Counted from the first letter of the stretch, positions 1 to 10,923 are shown. The stretch: 64,000 bases of DNA from an uncultured Bacilli bacterium (GCA_934119955.1 CAKOSZ010000001.1:46592-110591), one strand, 5' to 3'. Numbers and translations: made by a program. Notes: a model not told the origin generated them from the sequence alone.

Positions 1-195
1 TTCTAGAATAATTGATATTTTAGATGATATTGTAAATAATCGTAAAGACAAAAATATAATTTTAGATTTTTTAAAGAAATAATCAAGTAATAATTGATTG
101 TTTTTTTATTCGACATTTTTCACGACAATTATTAGTATTTAAAAAAGTTTTACAAGAAAAGAAAAAGCAAGAATAAATCTCACTTTTAAAACATT

Positions 196-735
196 TTAAT
201 AATTTTCAGCCTTAATTTCAAAATAACTTTGAGGGTGAGAACAAACAGGACAAACCATTGGTGCTTTTGTTCCTACAACTATATGACCACAGTTACGGCA
301 TTTCCAAATTTTAACTTCCCCGGCTTCAAATACTTTATTTTCTTCAATGTTACTTAATAATTTACGATATCTTTCTTCATGTTCTTTTTCTATTTTAGCA
401 ACACTTTCAAATAAAAAAGCAATGTTATTAAATCCTTCTTCCTTAGCAGTTTTTGCAAATTCTTCGTACATATCAGTCCATTCGTAGTTTTCACCTTCGG
501 CTGCACTTAATAAGTTTTCTTTGGTTGAAGGAATATCTCCATCATTTAATAATTTAAACCACATCTTAGCATGTTCTTTTTCATTGTTAGCAGTTTCTTC
601 AAAGATTGCTGCAATTTGTTCATAACCATCTTTTCTAGCCTTAGAAGCATAATAAGTATATTTATTTCTTGCTTGTGATTCACCGGCAAAGGCTGTTTGT
701 AAATTTTCATAAGTTTTACTATTTTTAAGTTCCAT
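196..735 (-). CDS. rbr: Rubrerythrin (ferritin-like diiron domain plus C-terminal rubredoxin-like CxxC...CxxC)
   Basis: 179 aa. Paired E..EH diiron motifs ([16 protein letters not shown]) and C-terminal CRNCGH...CPVCS zinc/iron-ribbon typical of rubrerythrin. Confidence 0.9.
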   Translation of the reverse strand: MELKNSKTYENLQTAFAGESQARNKYTYYASKARKDGYEQIAAIFEETANNEKEHAKMWFKLLNDGDIPSTKENLLSAAEGENYEWTDMYEEFAKTAKEEGFNNIAFLFESVAKIEKEHEERYRKLLSNIEENKVFEAGEVKIWKCRNCGHIVVGTKAPMVCPVCSHPQSYFEIKAENY

Positions 736-841
736 AATTACCTCCTTAACTTATATTCTTATTATATTAAGAATAAGGTGAAATTGCAAGGAAAAGTTAC
801 CAATTTAAACAATTATCATATAATACCTTGATTGGAGGATT

Positions 842-1819
842 ATGAGAAAAAAAATTGTTACAATACTTGCCTTTTTAATTATTTTTATGCTTGCATGTAG
901 TGTTCTTTTTAATGACAAAGATAAAAATAAAAACTTAGTTAAAGTTAAGGTTGCTGAAGTTGCTCATAGTATTTTTTATGCTCCTCAATATGTTGCAATT
1001 CACAATAATTATTTTAAAGAAGAAGGACTTGATGTTGAGTTAATACTTGCAGCAGGTGCTGATAAAGTTACAGCAGCCGTTTTATCAGGTGATGTTGATA
1101 TTGGTTTTTCAGGATCTGAGGCAACCATTTATGTTTATAATGGCGGAGAAAAAGATTACTTAAAAACATTCGCCCAGTTAACACAAAAAGATGGAAGTTT
1201 CATTGTTGCAAGAAAGAAAATTGATAATTTTTCTTTAAATGATTTAAAAGGAAAATACATAATTGGCGGAAGAATTGGTGGTATGCCAGAAATGACACTT
1301 GAATATATTTTAACTAAAAACAATATAGATCCTAGTAAAGATTTAACTATTGACACAAGTATTGCTTTTTCTGCTATGCAAGGAGCCTTTATTGGAGGAA
1401 CTGGGGACTTTGTTAGTTTATTTGAACCAAATGCAACCTTAACCGAAAAAGAAGGATATGGTTATATTGTTGCAAGTTTAGGTAGTCTTGGTGGTAATAT
1501 TCCTTATACTGCCTATAATGCTAGAATATCTTATCTAGAAAAAAATCCTAAAATAATTAAAAGTTTTACGAAAGCTATTCAAAGAGGACTTGATTATGTA
1601 AACAGTCATAAAAGTGAAGAAATTGCTAAAATAATTAAAGATGAATTTCCAGATATCAAATTAGAAGACTTAACAACTGTAATTAATCGTTATAAAGAAA
1701 ATGACACTTGGCCAAAAACAACTGAATTTACCGAAGAAAGTTTTAATCACTTACAAGATATTATGATAAATGCTAAACAATTAGATAAAAAAGTTAATTT
1801 TAAAGATTTAGTATATTAA
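842..1819 (+). CDS. ABC transporter substrate-binding lipoprotein (NMT1/SsuA/TauA-like, nitrate/sulfonate/bicarbonate family)
   Basis: Lipoprotein signal peptide with lipobox (FMLAC). Overall periplasmic-binding-protein-like composition resembling SsuA/NMT1 family. GGAGG RBS 6 nt upstream. Confidence 0.55.
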   Translation: MRKKIVTILAFLIIFMLACSVLFNDKDKNKNLVKVKVAEVAHSIFYAPQYVAIHNNYFKEEGLDVELILAAGADKVTAAVLSGDVDIGFSGSEATIYVYNGGEKDYLKTFAQLTQKDGSFIVARKKIDNFSLNDLKGKYIIGGRIGGMPEMTLEYILTKNNIDPSKDLTIDTSIAFSAMQGAFIGGTGDFVSLFEPNATLTEKEGYGYIVASLGSLGGNIPYTAYNARISYLEKNPKIIKSFTKAIQRGLDYVNSHKSEEIAKIIKDEFPDIKLEDLTTVINRYKENDTWPKTTEFTEESFNHLQDIMINAKQLDKKVNFKDLVY

Positions 1820-1883
1820 ATGTTAATAAAAAAGAAGTAGTTTGTTTTATTTACAAATCTACTTTTTTTAGTCTTATAATTTA

Positions 1884-2249
1884 TTAATAATACGAACAAT
1901 TTGATAAAATATTATCATTTATACCATTAGTTTTATAAACTTCTTTACTTGTATTTTTACAAGTTATATATGATTTCATATTGGAAATATCAACATAACC
2001 ATTACAACTTATATTATCATTTATTTTCTTCATATCTAAATCTCGAAGACAAATATAACTTTTTTCTTTATACTTAGGAATTACTTTAACATATTTTATC
2101 ATCATATCTTCATACGTTTCATATTGCTTGTTTTGATTTGATGAATAGATACTTCTAACACTTGGAAATATCAACAACATTGTTAAAGATAATAAAACAA
2201 TAACTGCTAATAATTCTACTAAGGTAAATCCTTTATTATTCATAGCCAC
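1884..2249 (-). CDS. Prepilin-type N-terminal cleavage/methylation domain protein (ComGC-like pseudopilin), orphan
   Basis: N-terminus MAMNNKGFTLVELLAVIVLLSL is the class III signal / N-methylation motif (G-F-T-L-x-E) of type IV pilins and competence pseudopilins. No other pilus genes nearby. Confidence 0.6.
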   Translation of the reverse strand: MAMNNKGFTLVELLAVIVLLSLTMLLIFPSVRSIYSSNQNKQYETYEDMMIKYVKVIPKYKEKSYICLRDLDMKKINDNISCNGYVDISNMKSYITCKNTSKEVYKTNGINDNILSNCSYY

Positions 2250-2313
2250 CTCTATTTACTATTTTAGTATATCAAAAAATGAAAAAAAAAAATAGATATT
2301 TTCTTTAATTAAT

Positions 2314-2910
2314 CTATTTTTTTCTCTTTGAAAATTTACAACCACAATAATCTTGTCTATATAAATTATATTCGTGGGATAAAACTATACTTCTTTTATA
2401 TCCTTCTTTTTTCTTAAAATCAGAATATAAATAATTAACATGATAAATATTTTCTAACTCTGCTCCTATTTCATTTATAACTTTGCTATTTTTTAAAGGA
2501 CTAATAGTAAGAGTTGTTGTTATAAAGTCAAAGTTATTTTTTTTAGCATAGATAAAAGTTTTTTCTAGTCTTAATCTATAACATTTAAAACAACGACTCC
2601 CTCCTTCTTTTTCATTTTCAAGTCCTTTAACTACATTTAAATAATCTAAGTTATTATAACCAAGTGAAACTACTTTAACTTGATTTTTAGTCTTGAAGCA
2701 TTTAACAAATTTTAATAATTCTTGAAGTCTTTTATTATATTCTTCAAGGGTATCAATATTTGGATTATAGAAAAGAATTGTTATATCAAAGTAATCACTT
2801 AAATATTCAATAACATAACTAGAACAAGGAGCACAACAGGCATGTAAAAGTAAAGTTTTTTTACTGCTTAAATTCTTTAAAGTATTTTCTAAAACAATTT
2901 GATAATTCAT
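2314..2910 (-). CDS. queH: Epoxyqueuosine reductase QueH (DUF208)
   Basis: LLLHACCAPCSSY motif and conserved downstream Cys cluster (CFKCY, CGC) characteristic of QueH. Stop overlaps the start of yebC. Confidence 0.75.
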   Translation of the reverse strand: MNYQIVLENTLKNLSSKKTLLLHACCAPCSSYVIEYLSDYFDITILFYNPNIDTLEEYNKRLQELLKFVKCFKTKNQVKVVSLGYNNLDYLNVVKGLENEKEGGSRCFKCYRLRLEKTFIYAKKNNFDFITTTLTISPLKNSKVINEIGAELENIYHVNYLYSDFKKKEGYKRSIVLSHEYNLYRQDYCGCKFSKRKK

Positions 2911-3629
2911 TAGATATCTAGATTATGATAAACATTTGATACATCATCAATATCTTCTAAGGCTTCAATTAAATTCATTACTTTTTCAGTATCTTCTTCA
3001 TTTAAAGCAATTTTATTTGAAGCAACATAAGTTACTTCACTTCTTAAAAAGTCTTTTATACCACTTTCTTCAAAAACGGCTTTAACATTTAAAAAATTTT
3101 CTGGTTCTGTATAAATAGTATAGGTATCATCACAATCAATTACATCTAAACTATCGGCTGTAATTGCAATATTCATAATTTCATCAAAGTTATCATTTGC
3201 TTCTATTTCAATTACACCAAGGCGTTTAAACATATAACTAACTGAACCATCTGTTCCTAAGTTACCACCTCGTTTAGTAAGAGTTGATCTAACAAGCATG
3301 GCTGTTCTATTTTTATTATCAGTTAAACAATCAATCATAATTGCTATTCCATGAGGTGCATACCCTTCATATCTAATACTTTCAAAATTAACATCACTAT
3401 TAGCACCAACTGCTTTATCAATAGCCTTTTGAATGTTATCTTTTGGCATATTGTTACTTCTTGCTTTTTCAATAACCATTCTAAGACCAGGATTTGTATC
3501 AGGATCTCCATTAGTACCCTTTGCTGCTACTTGAATTTCTTTGGATATTTTTTGAAATATTTTTCCTCTTTCTGCATCTATTAAACCTTTTTTACGATGA
3601 ATTGTTGCCCATTTAGAATGTCCACTCAT
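2910..3629 (-). CDS. YebC/PmpR family DNA-binding transcriptional regulator
   Basis: MSGHSKWATIHRKKG... is a canonical YebC/TACO1 N-terminus. The six-frame ORF extends 5 codons upstream, but AGGAGG sits 4 nt before the MSGHSKW ATG. Confidence 0.9.
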   Translation of the reverse strand: MSGHSKWATIHRKKGLIDAERGKIFQKISKEIQVAAKGTNGDPDTNPGLRMVIEKARSNNMPKDNIQKAIDKAVGANSDVNFESIRYEGYAPHGIAIMIDCLTDNKNRTAMLVRSTLTKRGGNLGTDGSVSYMFKRLGVIEIEANDNFDEIMNIAITADSLDVIDCDDTYTIYTEPENFLNVKAVFEESGIKDFLRSEVTYVASNKIALNEEDTEKVMNLIEALEDIDDVSNVYHNLDI

Positions 3630-3678
3630 AAATCCTCCTTTCAAACTTCTTTATTTTAACAAATTTTTTCTTATTAGT

Positions 3679-4908
3679 CTAGTTATTTTTTAACTCTTCT
3701 TCTATGCGCATTAATTGATTATATTTACAAATTCTATCTGTTCTTGACATAGAACCAGTTTTAATTTGACCAAGATTCAAGCCAACTGCTAAATCAGCAA
3801 TAGTAGTATCTTCGGTTTCTCCACTTCTATGAGAAATTACAGTATTATAATTATTCTTTTTAGCAAGGGCAATTGTTCTTAAAGTTTCCGTGATTGTTCC
3901 TATTTGATTAACTTTTAATAAAATTGCATTTCCTGCATGGTTATCAATTCCTTTTTGTAAATATTCTATATTAGTTACAAATAAATCATCACCTACTAAT
4001 TGAATTTTATCTCCTAGTCTTTCGGTTACTAATCTAAATCCTTCCCAGTCATTTTCATCTACTGGATCTTCAATTGAAATAATTGGATAAGTATTAATTA
4101 ATTCTTCATAATAGTCTATTAATTCTTGGGTTGTTAATTTCTTGTTTTCTCCTTTTAGATAATAGATACCATCTTCATAGAATTCACTGGCAGCAACATC
4201 AATTGCCATATTAACGTCAACTCCTGGGGTGTATCCTGCAAGTTTAATTGCTTCCATAATAAGTTCAAAACCCTCTTTATTAGTTTTTAAATTAGGAGCA
4301 AATCCTCCTTCATCTCCAACACTTGTAACATAACCTTTATCTTTTAAAACTTTCTTTAAATTATGAAATACTTCTGATCCTATTCTTACTCTTTCTTTTA
4401 TAGTATCAGCAGTTGGAATAATCATATATTCTTGGAAATCCAAGTTATTATCAGCATGAGCTCCTCCATTTATAATATTCATCATAGGACGTGGCATTGT
4501 AGTACCAGATCCAACATATTTATAAAGTGGCATTTTTTTCTCATTAGCTGCCGCTTTTAAACAGGCCATAGAAACACCTAAAATAGCATTTGCCCCGAAA
4601 TTAGATTTTGTTTTAGTTCCATCAAGTTCAATCATCATATCATCTATTTTTTCTTGATCAAAAACATCCATTCCAACAACTAAATTTCTAAGTTCATTAT
4701 TTACATGACTAACGGCTTTTAAAACTCCTTTTCCAAGGTAACGACTACCACCATCACGAAGTTCTAAGGCTTCTCTTTCCCCAGTTGATGCTCCACTTGG
4801 AACACATGCTCTTCCCATTACTCCACTTTCAAGAATTACATCAACTTCAACAGTTGGATTTCCTCTTGAATCCAAAATTTCTCTTCCTATTACATTTTTA
4901 ATTTTCAT
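3679..4908 (-). CDS. eno: Enolase (phosphopyruvate hydratase)
   Basis: N-terminal [30 protein letters not shown], and C-terminal [17 protein letters not shown] motifs. Confidence 0.95.
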   Translation of the reverse strand: MKIKNVIGREILDSRGNPTVEVDVILESGVMGRACVPSGASTGEREALELRDGGSRYLGKGVLKAVSHVNNELRNLVVGMDVFDQEKIDDMMIELDGTKTKSNFGANAILGVSMACLKAAANEKKMPLYKYVGSGTTMPRPMMNIINGGAHADNNLDFQEYMIIPTADTIKERVRIGSEVFHNLKKVLKDKGYVTSVGDEGGFAPNLKTNKEGFELIMEAIKLAGYTPGVDVNMAIDVAASEFYEDGIYYLKGENKKLTTQELIDYYEELINTYPIISIEDPVDENDWEGFRLVTERLGDKIQLVGDDLFVTNIEYLQKGIDNHAGNAILLKVNQIGTITETLRTIALAKKNNYNTVISHRSGETEDTTIADLAVGLNLGQIKTGSMSRTDRICKYNQLMRIEEELKNN

Positions 4909-4960
4909 AAATTCTCCTTTAATTATTAATATATTTAAATTTATTATTTAACTTTAAATT

Positions 4961-5206
4961 TTATTTTTTATTTTTACTTTCTACTTCTTGTAATTCAAAA
5001 CGATACTTTTGCTTAACATCTGGATATTTTTCTTTATCTACTAAACTTAAAAACATTTTAAGTGGTCTTACATATAAGAAACCATCTCCATATAAACATC
5101 TATATAAAACCATCTCTTCCTGAGTTTCACTATTAATACAAGTATCAACTACTAAATAATAATCACCTTTAAAATGTTTATAAATTCTATTTTTTAATAA
5201 CTTCAT
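4961..5206 (-). CDS. DUF1653 domain protein
   Basis: YKHFKGDYY...YRCLYGDG...VRPLKMF pattern of DUF1653. Stop overlaps murD. Confidence 0.55.
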   Translation of the reverse strand: MKLLKNRIYKHFKGDYYLVVDTCINSETQEEMVLYRCLYGDGFLYVRPLKMFLSLVDKEKYPDVKQKYRFELQEVESKNKK

Positions 5207-6534
5207 TTTAAACCCTCAACTAATTTTTTAAATTCTGCTCCTCTTTCTTCACATTCTTTGTATTGATCCCAAGAAGCAGAGGCTGGACTTAGTAAAATAA
5301 CATCTCCACTTGCTGAACTTTTATAAGCATCATAAAAAGCCTCGTTTAAATGTTCATGAATAATTGTTTTAATTCCTAAACTATTCCCAAATTCTAATAC
5401 CCTCTTACGACACTGTCCTATTCCAAGAATTAATTTAACATTTTTCATAAATGGTTTTAATTCATTAAAATCTTGCCCACGTTCAAGACCTCCTAAAAAG
5501 ATAATAGTAGGTTCTGTAAAAGCATTTAAAGCAATTTGAGTACATTTAATATTAGTTGCTTCGGTATCATTATAAAACTTACGATTATTAATAACATCAA
5601 CAAGTTCTAAACGATGTTCTACACCTCTAAAATTTTCTAAAACTTTACAAATAGTTTCATTTTTAACACCAAGTTCTTTACAAATTATAATTGATGCTAA
5701 GGCATTACTAACATTATGATCTCCTTTTAAAAACATTTTATTTCTTGGCATAATAACTTCATCTTGATACATTAAATTAGAGTTTAAATAACTTGCATCT
5801 GCTTTTTCTTTTACAGAAAAATACATTCTTTTAGCCTTTAAATTACTAGTTTTTTTCATACTATCATAATTATCTAAATTAAGAATTGCTAAATCTTTAT
5901 TAGTTTGATTTTTAAATAATTTTAATTTAACATCTTGATAAGTTTCATAATCACCAAAGAAATCAATATGAGCCGGGCTTAAATTAGTAAGAAGTGCAAT
6001 ATCAGGCTTGAAGGTATCTAAATTAGCAAGTTGTTGACAAGATATTTCCATAACTAAAATATCGTCATCTTTTAAAGTATCAACAATACTTGTTAAAGGA
6101 TAACCAATATTACCAGCAAGTTTTACTCTTAAACCATATTCTTCTTTTAAAATATTATAAGTAAGAGTTGTTGTTGTTGTTTTACCATTTGTTCCAGTAA
6201 TAGCAATTAATTTTACTTTGGGTAATAAGTGATAGGCAAACTCAACTTCATTTATAACTGGTATATTTAATTTTTTAGCAAGTATTACATATTTATGATC
6301 ATTTCTAATACCAGGATTTTTAATAACATAATCAAAAGAACTATCTAGTAAATCATCAGGATGACTTCCTAATATACATTTTACTCCCTTTTCTTTTAAC
6401 TTAGTTATTTCTAAATTATCAGTTTCTTTTAAGTCATTTAATACTACTTCATTATTTAATTTAATTAATTTTGAAGCACAGGAAATACCACTTCTAGCAG
6501 CACCTAATACTAATATTTTTTTATTTTGAAACAT
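5203..6534 (-). CDS. murD: UDP-N-acetylmuramoylalanine--D-glutamate ligase MurD
   Basis: KKILVLGAARSG Rossmann N-terminus and GTNGKTTTTTL P-loop, Mur ligase architecture. Start placed at the ATG preceded by GGAGGT (MFQNKK...); the first in-frame ATG at 6546 lacks an RBS. Confidence 0.85.
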   Translation of the reverse strand: MFQNKKILVLGAARSGISCASKLIKLNNEVVLNDLKETDNLEITKLKEKGVKCILGSHPDDLLDSSFDYVIKNPGIRNDHKYVILAKKLNIPVINEVEFAYHLLPKVKLIAITGTNGKTTTTTLTYNILKEEYGLRVKLAGNIGYPLTSIVDTLKDDDILVMEISCQQLANLDTFKPDIALLTNLSPAHIDFFGDYETYQDVKLKLFKNQTNKDLAILNLDNYDSMKKTSNLKAKRMYFSVKEKADASYLNSNLMYQDEVIMPRNKMFLKGDHNVSNALASIIICKELGVKNETICKVLENFRGVEHRLELVDVINNRKFYNDTEATNIKCTQIALNAFTEPTIIFLGGLERGQDFNELKPFMKNVKLILGIGQCRKRVLEFGNSLGIKTIIHEHLNEAFYDAYKSSASGDVILLSPASASWDQYKECEERGAEFKKLVEGLK

Positions 6535-6854
6535 ACTAACCTCCATATTAATTATATTATTTCTTTTTTTAAAAGTAAACGAATTTTACTAATTTTAAAT
6601 AGTAAGAACACATTTTTTATATAAATTAATTTAGTATTTTATTATTTTTTTATCCTTGTTTATTGATTTAACACTTACTACCTTCAAGATATTTTAATAT
6701 TACAATTATTTTTAAATTAAATCGTCTTAATATTATATTAACATACTTTATATATCATGTTTTTTACTAATAAGAAATTAAATTTTATTATACATTAATC
6801 AAAAATAAATTTGACTAGTTATTTATTTTTATTTATAATTAGTTTGGTGAGGTT

Positions 6855-7427
6855 ATGTTATTTGCAAGTAATAATTTAAATAAAGTATTAGAAGTTGAAA
6901 ATATTTTAAATAAAAAAATTTTATCTTTAAAAGATATAAAGGCTAAAATTGATATTCAGGAAACTGGAAAAACTTTTGAAGAAAATGCTATTATTAAGGC
7001 CAAAAAAATATATGAATTAACAAAAATTCCAACTATTGCTGAGGATAGTGGCTTAGAAATAACTGCCTTAAATGGATTTCCAGGAGTTAAAACTAATAGA
7101 TTTTTAGGTGATAATAAAACTGATAGTGAAAGAAATCAAAAGATTTTAGAAATGATGCAAGATAAAAATGATAGAACTTGTTATTTTATTTCTTGTTTTG
7201 CTTATTATGATGGGAAAGTTTTGCAAACATTTAAAAGTTCTCTTCCTGGAATAATTTCAAAAGAAGAACATATAAATATGGGATTTGGCTTTGATAGTAT
7301 TTTTCTATACAACAATGAATATTTATCTAATATGGATATTACTAGTAAAAATAAAATAAGTCCCAGAACTAAATCTTTAAAAAAATTACAAGATTTTTTA
7401 CAAAAAAATATTGATTTAATAGATTAA
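6855..7427 (+). CDS. RdgB/HAM1 family non-canonical purine NTP pyrophosphatase
   Basis: ASNN.NK..E N-terminus and IAEDSGLEITALNGFPGVKTNRF motif typical of dITP/XTP pyrophosphatase. GGTGAGG RBS. Confidence 0.85.
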   Translation: MLFASNNLNKVLEVENILNKKILSLKDIKAKIDIQETGKTFEENAIIKAKKIYELTKIPTIAEDSGLEITALNGFPGVKTNRFLGDNKTDSERNQKILEMMQDKNDRTCYFISCFAYYDGKVLQTFKSSLPGIISKEEHINMGFGFDSIFLYNNEYLSNMDITSKNKISPRTKSLKKLQDFLQKNIDLID

Positions 7428-7460
7428 GTATGATATTATAAATTAGCAAATGCAAGAAAT

Positions 7461-7537
7461 GGACCCTTAGCTCAGTTGGTTAGAGCATCCGGCTCATAAC
7501 CGGGCGGTCATAGGTTCGAGTCCTATAGGGTCCACCA
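7461..7537 (+). tRNA. tRNA with CAU anticodon, most similar to tRNA-Ile2 (lysidine, k2C) of Firmicutes; elongator Met not excluded
   Basis: Cloverleaf GGACCCTTAGCTCAGTTGGTTAGAGC...CTCATAA anticodon loop...GGTTCGAGTCC...CCA. Near-identical in outline to B. subtilis tRNA-Ile(CAU). Confidence 0.85.
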
Positions 7538-7545
7538 TTTTTTAT

Positions 7546-7628
7546 GCGGGTATGGCGGAACTGGCAGACGCGCTAGTCTTAGGAACTAGTTCTTCGGAGT
7601 GCAGGTTCAATTCCTGTTACCCGCACCA
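7546..7628 (+). tRNA. tRNA-Leu (anticodon UAG), class II with long variable arm
   Basis: GCGGGTATGGCGGAA..., anticodon stem-loop CTAGT-CTTAGGA-ACTAG, variable arm TCTTCGGAGT, GGTTCAATTCC T-loop, CCA end. Confidence 0.85.
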
Positions 7629-7639
7629 TTGATGAATCT

Positions 7640-7669
7640 GTTCGAACTATTATTTTAGTTCGTTTTTTT
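7640..7669 (+). terminator. Rho-independent terminator after the tRNA pair
   Basis: CGAACTA...TAGTTCG hairpin followed by a T7 run. Confidence 0.6.
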
Positions 7670-7893
7670 ATACATCAAATGAAAATTTAACACACTATAC
7701 TATACAAGGTCAAATATTTGCCATTATCAACAATTCATAAATACAAGCAATATTTATCTTATTGTTATCATTGACAAAAAAATAACAATCAACGTAAAAG
7801 TTAATAATAAATGAACCATAAATAATTTTTTACTTAACTTGTGTTAATAAATAAACTCATGTTATAATAAAACTATTGAAAGAAGTGATAATA

Positions 7894-8562
7894 ATGATAT
7901 ATGAAAATGATAAATTTATTGTTTATTATAATAAATGTGATATTAGATATTTAAAAAAATTACTAAACATTTTAAATCAACGTATACCTAGTATTTTAAA
8001 TTTTTTCAAAATTAATTTTAATAGAAAAATAATAATTAAATTATATGATAACATAGATGAATACAAAAATAATATTACAAATTCTTTTAAAAATGCCTTT
8101 ATAAATGGAGAATATAATCAAGAAAAAAAATTTCAATATTGGATGATTGCAAATACAGAAGATGGAAATATTAATATGCAATCACTTGACTTAATAAGGC
8201 AACTTAATGATTATACTAATTACACAGAAGAAGAATTTTGTTATAATGCAGCACATGAATTTACTCATATTTGCCAACAAGAAATAAATTCAAATAGTCC
8301 AGGATGGTTTTGGGAAGTTCTTGCAACAAATTTAGGTAATCCAGAATGTCAGCATGAAGCAACAGAACCATTTACACTAGAAGATTTAAATAATAATTTT
8401 GATAAAATTGATGGATATGGAATTGCTTATAAAATTGGAAAATATTTATTTAAAAATTACGACAATGATTTTATTTTACAATTAGCACATGATAATTCTA
8501 AATTAGAAACAGTCATAAATGATATTATTAATAAACTAAATAATTCTATAACAAAGAAATGA
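7894..8562 (+). CDS. Hypothetical protein with HExxH motif (possible zinc metallopeptidase-like)
   Basis: AAHEFTHICQQE motif and no other recognisable domain. Extended -10 (TGtTATAAT, 7860-7868) upstream. The ORF could start at TTG 7876, but GAAGTGA RBS favours ATG 7894. Confidence 0.35.
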   Translation: MIYENDKFIVYYNKCDIRYLKKLLNILNQRIPSILNFFKINFNRKIIIKLYDNIDEYKNNITNSFKNAFINGEYNQEKKFQYWMIANTEDGNINMQSLDLIRQLNDYTNYTEEEFCYNAAHEFTHICQQEINSNSPGWFWEVLATNLGNPECQHEATEPFTLEDLNNNFDKIDGYGIAYKIGKYLFKNYDNDFILQLAHDNSKLETVINDIINKLNNSITKK

Positions 8563-8709
8563 TTTTCAATTTTTAGGTAATACTAAATCAAGTAATTATT
8601 TATTTTACATAGATTCAGTTTCATTTGAAACTGATTTTTTTTTAGATCAAAAAAGATAGCAGTAAATCACTACTATCTAAAAAACTAACATTTAAAACAT
8701 TTTTTAATT

Positions 8710-9831
8710 TTAATCTTCTTTATATTCAGTTAATTTAACCTTGGTTGTTCTTTCCTTACCATCTCTCAAATAAGTTAAAGTAATTTCATCACCAGCATTA
8801 TATTTATATAACTCATATCTTAAATAAGCCATGTTATCAACTTTTTCATTATTAATTTTAGTAACAACATCACCTTTTTGTAAATCTGATTTACTTGCTC
8901 CACTATTTTTAGAGATTTCAACAACTACAACCCCAGTTGTAACATTATCTTTTAGCATTATTCCATTTCTGTATAGAGAATAAGTATCACTTGCATTTAT
9001 CATAGAAATACCAAGCATTGGTCTTGTAATTGCCTTACCACTTTCTAAGGACTCAATATGACTCATTGCATATTCAATAGGAATAGCAAATCCCATATTT
9101 TCAACTTCGGTTTGAACTAATTTTAAAGAAATAATTCCTATTACTTCTCCACTTGCATTTACAAGTGGTCCCCCACTATTACCTGGGTTTACAGCAGCAT
9201 TTGTTTGTAATACTTTCATAACCCAATCATTTGTTCCTGATAAACTAACAGTTACTAATCTATCTTTTCCCGATAAAATACCATCAGTTACAGTTCCTCT
9301 ATATTCATATCCAAGCGGAGAACCAATTGTAAAGACAGTATCTCCTAATTTAGATTTTTCACTTGTTCCAATAACTGCTGTATCAATTACATCACTTTTA
9401 TTAATTCTAATAACAGCAAGGTCTAAATACTCATCACTTCCAAGCACTACACCTTCAATTTCCTTATCATCACTTCTTATTAAAACAACCTTTTCAGCAC
9501 CTGATATTACATGATGATTAGTCATTACATATCCATATTTATCATCTGTTTTATACACAAAACCAGAACCTGTTGATGATATAGTATTCTTTTGATAGTT
9601 TTGAATCATCATAACTGCATCATAAACTTTTTCAACACTTGCTGATAATGATCCTTCATTAACAACAACTGTTTTACTACATGCTCTACATGTACTTGTA
9701 CCACTACTATTAGTACCTGATACACTACTACTAAATGTTGTATTAATAGCAATAAAATACATTACTAAGCCTCCTAGTACAAAAGCAACAAATAAATAAA
9801 TTACCAAATTAATTCTATTTTTATCTTTCAT
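8710..9831 (-). CDS. HtrA/DegP family trypsin-like serine protease with PDZ domain, membrane-anchored
   Basis: N-terminal TM helix. Catalytic triad context TNHHVISGA, DLAVIRI, GNSGGPLVN, and a C-terminal PDZ-like segment. Confidence 0.85.
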   Translation of the reverse strand: MKDKNRINLVIYLFVAFVLGGLVMYFIAINTTFSSSVSGTNSSGTSTCRACSKTVVVNEGSLSASVEKVYDAVMMIQNYQKNTISSTGSGFVYKTDDKYGYVMTNHHVISGAEKVVLIRSDDKEIEGVVLGSDEYLDLAVIRINKSDVIDTAVIGTSEKSKLGDTVFTIGSPLGYEYRGTVTDGILSGKDRLVTVSLSGTNDWVMKVLQTNAAVNPGNSGGPLVNASGEVIGIISLKLVQTEVENMGFAIPIEYAMSHIESLESGKAITRPMLGISMINASDTYSLYRNGIMLKDNVTTGVVVVEISKNSGASKSDLQKGDVVTKINNEKVDNMAYLRYELYKYNAGDEITLTYLRDGKERTTKVKLTEYKED

Positions 9832-9841
9832 ATTTTCACCT

Positions 9842-10768
9842 CTACATATCTTTTATTTCATTATAATTAGTGGGAAATCCCATTCTATCTAATACTTTAT
9901 CAATATTAATATGGCTTATATTTAATTCTAAATTCTTTAAATTGTGATTTATTTCTTCAATCAAATTACTAAACTCATTATGAGATAACATCTGTTTCAT
10001 AATAATAATTAAAGCAAACAAATCATTTTTACCATAGATATAATCATCATCCATGATAGGTATTTTTAATTCTTTATGATATTTTGTATCATTTACTTTT
10101 CTTTGCGTTTTATTTTCAAACACAATATCTTCATGAGCACACAAATTTCTATAATTAGATAAAATTGTTAAATAATTACCTAAAACATCTATATCTAAAT
10201 TATAAATTTCAGCAATTGCAAGTTGATCTTCTTTCTTTAAAATTGAATATAACTCTCCAACTATTCCAAAAGATAAGACCTTAACCAGTACCCACAAAGG
10301 AATATAACCATAATTAGTTACATAGTGCATAGTTGCTGAATGCTGAGTTGCATTTATATTAATTTGCCTTTTCATTTTCTTTAAGATGTCATTAACTTGT
10401 TTAGATTTTTCACGGTTAGTTGTAAAGTTTTTAGGTGTTAAATAATCTTTCTCTCTATAACCATATTTTAAAGATAACTGATAACTAATAATAGATTTAA
10501 TATTGTTTTCAATTACTAAAATATTTTTAAATATTATATTTCTAAATGTTCTATCAAATAGAAACAAACTATAAAGTTCTAGAAAATTTGTTCCTTCTAT
10601 ATAAGTTCTATCAGCACTACTTTTCATAAATAAATGTCTATATCCATTTAAAAAGAAATAATTCTCACGAAATAAAACTTCCTTTGCATATTCTATATCA
10701 TCAATCACTAACCCTTTATTTTTTAAAATCTCAATTTGTTCATTTAAGGTTTTAAATTCCTTTTTCAT
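9842..10768 (-). CDS. Abi family protein (Abi_2 domain, AbiD/AbiF-like abortive infection protein, HEPN-type)
   Basis: N-terminus KTLNEQIEILKNKGLVIDDIEYAKEVLFRENYFFLNGYRHLF matches the conserved Abi_2 start. YRNLCAHED supplies an Rx4H HEPN-like motif. Confidence 0.8.
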   Translation of the reverse strand: MKKEFKTLNEQIEILKNKGLVIDDIEYAKEVLFRENYFFLNGYRHLFMKSSADRTYIEGTNFLELYSLFLFDRTFRNIIFKNILVIENNIKSIISYQLSLKYGYREKDYLTPKNFTTNREKSKQVNDILKKMKRQININATQHSATMHYVTNYGYIPLWVLVKVLSFGIVGELYSILKKEDQLAIAEIYNLDIDVLGNYLTILSNYRNLCAHEDIVFENKTQRKVNDTKYHKELKIPIMDDDYIYGKNDLFALIIIMKQMLSHNEFSNLIEEINHNLKNLELNISHINIDKVLDRMGFPTNYNEIKDM

Positions 10769-10923
10769 TCTCTCTCTCCTACTTAATTAAGTATATCATA
10801 AAATTGGTAAAAAAATATGTTTTTTTTGTGAAAATTTCTAGGATTTTTCTTGAAAAAATTTTTTCCTTGATTTTTTTATAATCCATAAGAAAGAAAAATA
10901 ATTAAAAAACTAATATTTTTTTA

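Noticed and set aside
1156-1356. 66-aa ORF antisense inside the ABC substrate-binding protein gene
   Set aside because: It is entirely nested within a well-supported gene on the opposite strand, has no RBS and is of low complexity. It is typical of AT-rich antisense noise. The same reasoning applies to 3351-3584, 16506-16899, 22147-22350, 24025-24225, 28464-29270, 32638-32952, 33259-33633, 33804-34001, 34323-34715, 35560-35778, 41920-42144, 44898-45080, 45314-45499, 48263-48494, 51490-51948, 55635-55817 and 61227-61433.
6547-6854. 300-bp AT-rich intergenic region between divergent murD and rdgB as a possible ncRNA
   Set aside because: It has no conserved structure, inverted repeats or RBS-equipped ORF. 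It is most simply a divergent promoter region.
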